NCBI GenBank assembly: GCA_951406725.2
Contig: OX597827.1
Location: 81,592,001-81,656,000, forward strand
Origin: Octopus vulgaris
Taxonomy: Eukaryota
Direction of reading: 5' to 3'
Length of the DNA: 64,000 nt
A program made the position numbers and the translations under genes. A model generated the notes under the pieces. The model was given only the letters and a program-made list of their open reading frames with translations. It searched no databases and was not told the origin of the DNA. This document shows positions 53,319-64,000 of the stretch, piece after piece (within the stretch, counting starts at the first letter, position 1; every line of letters starts with the position of its first letter).

Positions 53319-55809
53319 ATATATATGCATGCATGTGTGTGTGTGTCTGGTATATTTACTTAAAGTTGTCTATTGGATCCAAAGACGACCATCTTCTTTT
53401 GTGGATCCATAAATGACTGTCCATCCCAATGCTCAAAGCATTGCTGTTGTTCCAAACAAGACATCAATGTTTGCTTGGAGAGGCCAGCCATTAGTTTGGG
53501 GACTTGCTCCTGGTGATCAAGTTCCTTCTCCAGATCCTTGAAACCTTTCTGAGAGGGAGGCCATCAAAGGGCACCACAGCTAACAATGTCTTTCACGATT
53601 GAAGTGTCAATGTTTCCCCTTTAAAGGAGTCTTTAAGTCTTTTGTCTTACAGTTTAGGTATTGACCACAAAGTAGTTGGCTGTAGATCCAGTCACCACCA
53701 CAACAGCACCAGCTGCCAGATGTGGTCAGTATTCATGAGGGACATGGTGAACCCTTTGGTCAGAACTGGTTCAACCCACCCCAGATGAATGCCACCACAA
53801 GAGCAAGTAGTATTATCTACAGTTCTGTCTTCTGCCAATGATGACTGATCCTGGTTTATTCAGGGACTAAATCTTTCAGCAGTCAGGTCTTCCTGTTACT
53901 TTGATTGATGCTCAAGTCTTTCCCAAAGGTCTTTTATTTTTCCATAAATTAAATGAAATCTCTATTATCTGCCCACTAATTAACTGTAGAAAAAAGGAAT
54001 CATTGTCCATTCTTCCAATGTAGCTAAAAGAGTAGAACTGTCAAAGCCATCATCGTCTTTTAGTAATTTTACAAGAGTCTTTAAAGAAGGAAACATCTAA
54101 GCTTCCAAACCAAGTTGAAAGTGTACAGAGCTTTATTCTGCCAACAAGTTTTATAAATTCCTCCATTTGAAATTTGTACATAAAATGTTGTACATTCATT
54201 GATTGGCAGGTTAAGTTTTCAGATACTAACATCCTCAACCATCCTGTGTGTCTCAGCAACCAGACTCTCCAATGTGACGGTCAGCAGCCCTGTGAGAGAG
54301 AAACTATATGTGTGTACTTGTGTGTAATTAGTTGTGATTCAGGGAGTTTCTGAAGTCATTGTGAGTATGAGGATGTTTTAGCAGCATTTTCTGTAACAAA
54401 TTTTTAAAGCTACATATTGCATTACACAGTCTTCAGAAGTCTGATTTTCTCTAATTATTCAGGATTATGTTCTAATTATCATTATTTCAGTAATGTGAGC
54501 CATTTGGGTCATTTAGGTCAACTGGTGAAATGTCACTGTTCTACTGTTGTCTTTCGGTGGCATTCCTTCACTGAGTTCAAATATTGCCAAAGTTAATTTC
54601 ATTTTCCATTATTCTGAATTCAATAAGACAGGAACCAGTAATTCATACGAATTGGTTTTGTGGCTGATACTAGGCCCCACATTTACGGTGGTGGGCCAAA
54701 CTTAGAAATTATTAATGAATTATATGTTAAAATACTTAATGAGATAAACAGTTTGGCTTTAGTTATCCAAGACTATAGCTGTATCAAAGAAAAGAAATTT
54801 CTTGAATAAAATATAAATTGCCCAAACAAAGTCAAGGGAGGCAACTCGAAAATTAGGTGGGATTTGGTGAGTTAATGTTGGTTGAAGTCATGTTAGATGC
54901 ACAAACACATATACATATATACATTAATATATATACACAAACACACACACATGTACATACACTAATGCATATTAATATAAATACATGCACATTAATGCAC
55001 ACACATATGCATTAATACAAGCATACACACCTTAATATACATACATCAGTGTGTGTGTGTGTGTATGCATGTGTCTGCGCATATAAATATATACATATAC
55101 ACATGTACATATATAAACGAAGGCACCTGGCTTAGTAGTTAGGGCATCTGGCTCATGATAATGAGTTCAATTCCTGGTGATGTGTTGTGTCCTTGAGCAA
55201 GACACTTTATTTCACGTTGATCCAGTCCACTCAGCTGGCAAAAATGAGTAGTACCTGTATTTCAAAGGGGCCAGCCTTGTCACACTCTGAATCACACTGA
55301 GTCTCCCTGAGAACTCACGAGCAAGGGATTCTGTTGATCATATCGGCTGGGATCATCATCTTCGTAACCAACAGTGCTCCTTCATTTATATAAATATATA
55401 TATATACTTCATTTTCAAAGAACACAGCTCTAATAAAGGACAGAGTCAACATCCATTGACAAGGTTGCAAAGGCAACGAAAATGTTTGGAAAAAAACATA
55501 AATGATAAATGAGTGGAAACTGAACCAGTGAGTGTGTTAGATAATAAGGCATTAAGATAATACATCTCTCCCCAGACACAACATACACACACACACACAC
55601 ACATATAACTGAAATTTATAGAAAAACAAAAGACAAAGACAGGTGTATGATCAACAAGCAGGTGTATTAGTTGGACACTCATGTATGTATGTATGTGTAT
55701 ATGTATATGCATGTGTCTTTGTGCATATTATATATATATATATATCTGCTGATTCACCAGAAGTGGTAAATTACAGGACTCAATGCAGACATAGAGCAAC
55801 TTTTAATCC

Positions 55810-56530
55810 ATCATAACTAAAAGGCTTTGATTTCTCTCAGTCAGAATTGCTTGTTTCCAGTCATCAGCTGGTAAACCAAGGCTGATTTTCTTTTGAAATA
55901 TCCTCTGTCTGAGCATCTGTGAAATATAAAATGAAAGTTTAAAGAAAACATTTACCCCAATGTTCCTTCGCTTAAAAACCTTTGTGAACGAAACACATGA
56001 AAACAGCTGCTTCGAGTTCACACTTCCGATTTCATTTCTGGTTCTCATGGCAATACCATTATGAACCTCATAAACTATATACAATCGAACTGATGAAATT
56101 GCATTGCTGCTTAAGCAATGTTCCAGAATAATACTTTTGTGTAATACTTTTAATTAATACTTTTAATTAATGCTTTTAAAAACAATGCGAATGTATGTGG
56201 GTGTTCATTTTGTGTGTGACTGTACAGATGCAAACATATACACATATGCACACTCAGGGAATTATACACTCATATATATGTATATACCTATATACATATG
56301 CCTTTATGCATATACTCACACACACACACACACACACATGCACACATTAAAACATATATCAATAAAACCTATTAATTAAACATTTTGAAAACCAACATTT
56401 TTTTTTTTCTGAACCATAAAAAAATTCAAAGAGGTTTGTCCTTGCATAACAAAAACTAGCCATGTGCATACAGCTGATGATTGGAAACAAGTTGCTCAGA
56501 GTACTGGAAATCAGGCCTTTCAGTTACAAC
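55810..56530. mobile_element. Old non-autonomous DNA transposon with ~60-bp imperfect TIRs
   Basis: taactaaaaggc...cttgtttccagtcatcagctg versus cagctgatgattggaaacaag...ggcctttcagtta. Confidence 0.55.
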
Positions 56531-56576
56531 ATTATATATATAATGTGTGTGTGTATATGTATATATATGTGTGTGG

Positions 56577-56905
56577 TGAAGGTCCATGGCTCAGTGGTTA
56601 GAGTGTCGATCACGAGGTTGTGAGTTCGAATCTTGGACCAGGCTGCGTGTTGTGTTCTTGAGCAAGACACTTTATTTCCTGTTGCTCCATTTCACTCAGC
56701 TGTAGAAATGAGTTGCGACATCACAGGTGCCAAGCTGTATCGGCCTCTTTGCTTTTTCCTTGGATAACACTGGTGGCATGGAGAGGGGAGGATGGTATGC
56801 ATGGGCAACTGCTGGTCTTCCATAAACAACCTTGCCCGGACTTGTGCCTGGGAGGGGAACTTTCTAGGTGCAATCCCATGGTCAGTCATGACCGAAGGGG
56901 GTCTC
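56577..56905 (+). mobile_element. SINE family C
   Basis: Homologous to 28690-29030. Confidence 0.85.
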
Positions 56906-56909
56906 AACT

Positions 56910-56962
<53 letters not shown>

Positions 56963-57989
56963 ATATATTATATATTATGTATATATATATATATGTATGT
57001 ATATATATATATATGTATGTATATATATATATATGTATGTTATATATATATATGTATGTATATATATATATATATGTATATATATGTATATATCATTATC
57101 GTCCTTTAACGTCCATTTTCCATGCTGGCATGGGTTGGATGGTTTGACCAGAGCTGCACCAGGTTCCTATCTGGTTTGGCCTGGTTTTTATGGCTGGATG
57201 CTTTTTACATGGCACCGGTATGAGTGCTTTTACATGATGCCATGGAGAAATGGTTTCTTCATGGAATTGCAGAAAGTTTAGGGGATAAAACTAGTCTCAC
57301 CTGGCAAGGTAGTGAACTGGCAGAATTGTTGAAGTATCAGAATTGGTAAATTATCTTAGAGTATTGATTCCTGGTGCTTTTTACGTGGCACTAGCACAGG
57401 GCTCTTGCACGTCAATCCTCTTCAGCAGATGAAGCAGAATTTACACTTCTGCTGTGGCGGACGAGTCTTCTTGAGAATGGCAAGGCACCACATATCTCAG
57501 TCCTTTGTCACCTCCTTCATAAGGTTCAGTGTCCCTAGATTGTCCTTCAGTGCTTCATCCCATGTTTTCCACAAGTTCCATCCACTCTGAGTGTTTAGCA
57601 CTTCTTTATGGAGCTACTGGTATCCACCCCCATGGCCACACCAGCACAATCCTCTCTCTTTCACACTACATCTAATTCCTCTTATGCTTAACTTTTCTCT
57701 CAACACACAAGTACACCAACATTGCACATCCACTGGAGCATACTAGCTGCATTCCTCTCTAGCCTCTGCATGTCCTCCGCATTCAGGTCCATGTCTCAAT
57801 ACCCTGATACTGTGTGGACTAAGATCCCCGTTGACAGGCCGCTGGTATTTATAGTGTTAAACACTTTAGGTATGCAATTTAGGGACTCCCTCATAGAGTA
57901 ACTCCTGCATTTGTTGAGTATATAAACAGTTTGGCTGCTTGTTTCTCTGGAGACTGTCAGAATGATGCAGATGTCTCTAATGGGAACCC

Positions 57990-58114
57990 AAATCTCCAGG
58001 GATACAGGCATCCAGCAACAGGACCTCCGTAATGCCATGATGGACCGTGAAGTCTGGCGTAGCATGGTAAATTCCATTGTCTCGACCACGGTCGAACAAT
58101 GAATGAATGAATGA
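57990..58114 (+). mobile_element. 3' end of another RTE-like family
   Basis: ISRDTGIQQQDLRNAMMDREVWRSMV; (ATGA)n tail; CpGs retained. Confidence 0.65.
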
Positions 58115-58624
58115 AGGTTTGAAAATTGATTTAAGCTAAAATTTGCCCTGTTTATAATTATACCACGTTTTATACATATGGTGGTGGTGGTGGTGGGGGG
58201 GCTGTGTGTGCATATTTTTCATTGGCAGCTGATTCGTTTTGGCTGTGATGGAAATATCATTGTGAGGGGCATTCCCTATTTTTCAATGAATAAGTTGATC
58301 AACTGATTAAATTGAACCCAAATGCATATCTTAAAACATCTTGTAAACCTATAATGAATGAATAAATAAATAAATATATGTGTATAACCCATTATCTCTG
58401 TCTATTTTATCTACATATGTATATCCTCATCATCATCACCATTTAGCATGTCTTCCTTGGTTTGTTGTAGAAGATGGAGCTAGGTTTGTTGTAGAAGAGG
58501 AGCTAGGTAGGACTAGCCTAGTCTCATGATTTTAATGTTTTGTTTGAAGATCATTATTGCTGTTGGCCAAATGTAACTGTGACAGCTCTAAGTATGTTTG
58601 TGCTTAACTTTGCTGTCTTTTGAA

Positions 58625-59099
58625 CAGTGGTGCTCAACGTCTGTTTGGGGTCAACATGATCCTTGCGGATCTATATACAATATTGATGCAAAAATTAATG
58701 TGAAACTATTTGGTTTTACTTCCAAAATACACAAAATATTTCACCAACTTTTTTTATACAGTTCTTAACCCTTTTGTTACTGCATTTATTTTGAGATGCT
58801 CTGTGTTTCTTTCAATTACTTTGAAATATAACAAAGAATTTAGTAAAATAACTTAGTTATCATTCAGCTAGTGTTAGGAACATAAATTGTGACTAGGGTT
58901 TGGTGGAAGATTTTAATGCAAAACTTATGGAAACAAGACATTTATATTCAGAGCCAGAGCTGGGTTGAAAATGAAAGGGTCAATCATGTTTAATTATAAA
59001 AATATAAAAAATTTTTAAACCATCAAATGGCTACAAGGGTTCAGTAGAATACAATAGGAATCAAAGAGTCCATAGGTAAAAAATGGTTGAGAACCACTG
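58625..59099. mobile_element. hAT (Charlie/MER5-like) MITE with a nested piggyBac-like MITE (58769-58979)
   Basis: TIRs cagtggtgctcaac / gttgagaaccactg, 8-bp flanks cttttgaa / atttagaa; inner element ttaa-cccttt...aaaggg-tcaa. Confidence 0.7.
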
Positions 59100-59514
59100 A
59101 TTTAGAACATCTAAGTGTTGTAATTATTTCTAGGTTTATATGTTCCTTATGCTTGTCTGGGTTAAGTGGAAAAGATGGTGTGTTAAAGATGTTGTGGCAG
59201 TGGTGCTTTAGGGTGTTCTGTGTGTGTCTGGGAGTAGTGTTGTGGAAATTTTGTTGTGTATATATGAGTCCTGGTATTTTGAAACGATTTCTCCATGGAA
59301 TTGCAGAAAGTTTAGGGGACAAAACTGGTCACACCAGCAATGTAGTGTTCTGGAAGAATTGTTCAAGAATCAGACAAAATATCTTACAGAACCAATTCCA
59401 GATTCTTGCATTTTGGGTTCAAATTCCACTGATGTCTGCATTACCGTTTATATTTCTGGAGTTGATAAAGGACCAATCAAGAGAATGGTTAGAACTTTGG
59501 ACAGGATGCTATCT

Positions 59515-60452
59515 TTTTTTCATTTGAGTCATTAGACCGTGGCCATGCTGGGGCACCACCTTGAAGAATTTTAATTGAAGGAATTAACCCCGGGACTTAT
59601 TGTTTTTTTTTAAGCCCGGTACTTATTTTATCAGTTTCTTTTGCTGAACCACTAAGTTACAGGGATGTAAACTAATCAACACAGGCTGTCAAGTGGTGGT
59701 GGGAAACAAACACAGACACAAAGGTACATACATATATATATATATATACACACACACAATATATATATATATATATGCATCATCATCATCATCATCCTTT
59801 AACATCAGTTGTCCATGCTGGCAAGGGTTGGACGTTTGACTGGGCTGGCATGCTGGAAGGCTGTGCCAGGCTCCAATCTGATTTGGCATGGTTTTCTACA
59901 GCTGGATGCCCTTCCTAACACCAACCACTCTGAAGGTGTAATGAGTGTTTTTATGTGTCACTGGCACGAGTGCCATTTGTGTGACACCGGTATCTGCCAC
60001 AACTGTGAGTTTGCTCAGCTTGATGGGTCTTCTCAAGCATGACATAATGCCAAAGGTCTGGGCACTTGTCTACCTGAGGCCCAACACCCAAAAGGAAATC
60101 GGCCACTTTGCCCCCATGGAGCCCAATGCTCAAAAGAAACTCCATGAGGCCCATTCAAAAGGAACTCAGCCACCTCACCTCTGTGAGGCCGAACACTCGA
60201 AAGGAACTCAGCCACTTGCTTCCATAAGGCCCAATGCTCAAGGGAACTCAGCCACCTTGCCTCCGTGAGGCCCATACATACACATGCACATACATACTAT
60301 GAGCTTTTCAGTTTCCCTCAACTAAATCCACTCAAGACTTTGGTCAGCCCAAGGCTATTGCAGAAGATACTTGCCCAAGGTGCCATGCAGTGAGACTGAA
60401 CCCAGAACCATGTGGTTGTGAAGTAAACTTATTACCACACAGCTACACCTGT
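59515..60452 (-). mobile_element. SINE family A split by an RTE 3'-UTR insertion (59778-60275)
   Basis: SINE 3' half 59515-59720, 5' half 60295-60452; RTE tail in the central TA tract. Confidence 0.75.
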
Positions 60453-60797
60453 TCTTGTTCCTGTTAACCTACTCAGATGGTAGACATAATCAAATATCTG
60501 ACCTAACACCACCCACCTGGTTCCCCCAGGGAGTTGGGGGGGGTCTTTAAGGGAGTTCAATTTGTAGCAAACAATCGCACCAGGTTTCTGAATTGACGAC
60601 ACCTCCCTCTCACTTACCCCCTCTTTCTTCCTCTCTCTTGCCCCTCCATCTCACTGTACCAGCATGGTGCTTCACCATGCTGGTAGCTGCCATTTCTCCT
60701 ACATGATGAAAATCCCAGTTATTTGAGGGAGATTTAACTATGATTTCTAGCACATCAAGCAACCATGGCTCATACATACAAATGGTGTTAGCTGCTA

Positions 60798-61060
60798 AAG
60801 CTGATCTCTGGATCAAGCTAGTCTCTGGATCAATCTTATCACATGAACTTGCTGGTCTCTGGATCAAGGCAATCTCTATATCAGGCTAGTCTCTGGATCA
60901 AACTGATTTCTAGATCAAACTGATCTTTGGATCAAGCTAATCTCTGGCTCAAGTTGATCATGAGACCAGGCTAGTCTCTTGATCAAACTGGCTTCTGGAT
61001 GAAGATGATCAATAAATGAAGCTGGTTTCTAGATCAATTCTTTGGGTCAACTTGATCTCC
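60798..61060. repeat. ~17-bp minisatellite
   Basis: aagctagtctctggatc-like units. Confidence 0.75.
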
Positions 61061-61429
61061 ATTACTTACAGAGAGTAAATGTATTTGAAGTGGATTGGTT
61101 GTCGTTGATGTTGTCTTTACTCAGATCAAATTTGATCGATTAGTCTTATGATTAAAGATGCTCTAGCCATGACTATCCTCTTTTAGTTCTGACATAGTGT
61201 ATTTTGTATAAGACAGCAAGATGTGAGTTGAAGGATGTCTGGCTACTATTTCTATCTTATTTAATAACCATATACAGGTTTTTATTTTTGACTTGATTTG
61301 TTGTTGTTGTTGTCATTTAACCATAGGTCAGTCCTGACCAAGCAGGACTTACCTGATGTATTTTAATGAGGGATTGTATGGACAATGACAATCCAACCTT
61401 GACCATGCCATAGATTTGTCTATTGAATG

Positions 61430-61755
61430 TGAAGGTGCATAGCTCAGTGGTTAAGGTATTCAGCTCATGATCATAAGGTCATGAGTTCGATACTAGGCAG
61501 TGCACTGTGTCCTTGAGCAAGACACTTTATTTCACATTGCCCCAGTCCACTCAGCTGCCAAAAGTGAGTTGTACCTGTAATTCTAACGGGCCAGCCTTGT
61601 CACATTCTGTGTCACACTGAGTCTCCTTGACAACTACATTAAGGGAACATGTGTCTGTGGTGTACTCGGCCACTTGCACGTTCATTTCTTGAGCAGATTG
61701 CTTCATTGACTGGGTCAACTAGCACCCTCATCCTCGTAACCAATGTTGTGCCAGT
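61430..61755 (+). mobile_element. SINE family C variant
   Basis: tagctcagtggtt...gttcgatac head; cttgagcaagacactt. Confidence 0.8.
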
Positions 61756-61884
61756 TAGTCTGTCTAGGAATAAACTATGTTCTTCCTTTTTAAGATGCCA
61801 TTGAAATTACCTGCTATTTCTTGCATGTCAAGTGACCTTATAAGTGGAATTAACAGGTATTCTCTTACTTTTTTAATCCATTAC

Positions 61885-62232
61885 CAGTTTCAGTCATTTG
61901 ACTGCGGCCATGCTGGAGCACTGCCTTTAGTCAAACAAATCGACCCCAGGGCTTATTCTTTGCAAGCCTTATTCTAGTGGTCTCTTTTACGGGGATGTAA
62001 ACACACCAACATCGGTTGTCAAGTGATGGTGGGGGGACAGACACACACACATATACACATACATATGACAGGCTTCTTTCAGTTTCCATCTTCCAAATCC
62101 ACTCACGAGATTTTGGTTGGGCCAACGCTATAGTAGAAGACACTTACCCAAAGTGCCACGCAGTGGGACAGAACCCAGAACGATGTGGTTGGTAAGCAAG
62201 CTACTTACCACACAGCCACTCCTGTGCCTATG
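61885..62232 (-). mobile_element. SINE family A
   Basis: Reverse complement of family A. Confidence 0.85.
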
Positions 62233-62575
62233 TGAAGGGCATCAACATCACTACATCATACAGGCGGTTTGCAGCCCCAACTAATAGCTAAAGGTTATAC
62301 CTCTTGATAATAGCTTCATATATTACCTGTAGGTAATATATGTAAATAATAGCTGTAGCTAATAGTTGTGGTAGCTATTAAATGCAGTAGCTAAGAGCTG
62401 TAGCTAATATATAGAGCTAGTATTTAGAACTAGAAGTATACAGGTGTGATGGTGATGGTGATGTGGGGGGGCGATTGAGGGGAGGGCAGTGGGGATGGGG
62501 TGGATGGACAGGGGAATTGCTGTAAAAACAGACTGAGGGAGGCATACATATGGATGTGTATATGTATGTAAATGC

Positions 62576-62609
<34 letters not shown>

Positions 62610-62804
62610 TTATATATTTATATAAACTCATAAACACAAATACAAACACACATGCAAACATCTCTCTCTCTCTCTCTCTCTCTCTTTATATGCACGTATA
62701 CTTAGAAGTCAGAAACACATATACTAAAGACCCACATAGACACATGCATACATATGTATATAGGTAAGTTAAACAGGAATTAAGAGGTGTAAATAGAGAG
62801 ATGG

Positions 62805-62839
<35 letters not shown>

Positions 62840-64000
62840 CAATGTGATGGGTAATGAAGAGATCTTCATTTGGAAACCTTATAGAAAATCAATGTGGACA
62901 GCAGCAGCAGCAGCAGTAGCAGCAGAACTAGTACTGTCATCAGCAGCAGCAGCACTATAAACAACACCAATATCACTGTTATTGTTACTAGCAACAACAA
63001 CAACAACAGATGGTGCCCCTTTGTGCCCATTCATTATGCTGGAAATAGCAGCAAAAATCTCTCTCAAACCTCAATCTTGAGAAAATGGCTATATTGGGTG
63101 ATTTATCCCAGGATATAGTAATAAACAGATGGGATGGTCATTTCTGGAATGTGTTTGACTAGAAGTGACCTGGGATTAAACAACACGTGCGTGTTTGTGT
63201 AAAAATCATTTGCACCAAAATATATATATATAGGTTGTTTAGCCCCAGGTCAACTATGATGGAACAATCATATAATGAAAGGTGTTTCAGCCATGGCCAT
63301 CCTGTCTTTTTGTACATCAGAGATGTATTCAGCTTTATTTAGAACAAGTTTGTACATTGAGGGATGTTTTAGTTTCTATTTCTTGCAGGTCTGTGGTGAC
63401 GGTGCCGTTTCTGTTGATGGAGATGATTGTGGGGGTGGTGGTGGGAAGGGGGGGGGGGCAGTTGTGGTAGTGGTTTGTTGCCAATGTTGTTGGTGGTGGT
63501 AGTGGTGCTTGTTTTGTGTCAGTGGTCATGTTGCTCATGATGGTAAGTGGTAGTGATGATGATGCTAGTTATGATGATGATGATGATGATGAGTAAATTC
63601 AGTTAAAACAGCTAAAACAGCCCAACAGAGAGAAAGGCTGAAGATGTGAAATGATGGTATTCTGTTGTTTTTTAGCTTATCCTTTCTCGTCCGTTATTTG
63701 TCTGTTTTTGTCTGTCATTCCTTCACACTGTTACCAACACACTGACCTTTAAACAACCAAATTTAGACACTCAAACACTAGGTCGAAGGTCATGGACTTC
63801 TGAACACACACACAGTGTCATTACGCACACACCTCTTTATTAACCCCCTTCTTCTCTAATCATCTTCTTCAGTAATTCTGTCTAGAACCACAGTATATTA
63901 CTGGTACATATACCAAAGGAACTTGGCTGGATGTTATACAACATTTTCCCTCAACTGGAATTAAACACAGAATCTTATGCTCCTGGGTATTTAACTGGGG

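Noticed and set aside
56471-56495. CTGATGA-ttg-GAAA-caa-GTT hammerhead-like string
   Set aside because: No room for stem II and no stem I pairing; it is part of a transposon TIR.

Overview
Repeat-dominated, AT-rich eukaryotic DNA with no recognisable host gene. The repeat mix (several tRNA-derived SINE families, RTE, CR1/L2 and RLE-type LINE fragments, mariners, long (TA)n/(CA)n/(TATC)n tracts) resembles Octopus genomic DNA; this is my inference from familiarity, not a database result. Most ORF-track entries are microsatellite artefacts. Real coding remnants are all from transposable elements: RTE reverse transcriptase, a CR1/L2 3' end, R4/Dong-like RLE ends, two mariners and a Merlin (IS1016-like) DDE transposase. 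Four things stand out. (1) A foldback-like Merlin element at about 33.1-37.0 kb has long asymmetric inverted arms containing a 131-bp satellite. (2) About ten mostly degenerate minimal type-I hammerhead ribozyme-like motifs are scattered through the window, including one in the tail of a tRNA-derived SINE and two in a head-to-head palindrome. (3) Several long palindromes or hairpins occur, most of them in or beside TA tracts. (4) RTE copies target (TA)n, and a SINE and a LINE share a 3' tail. Coordinates were read by eye and may be off by a few bases.
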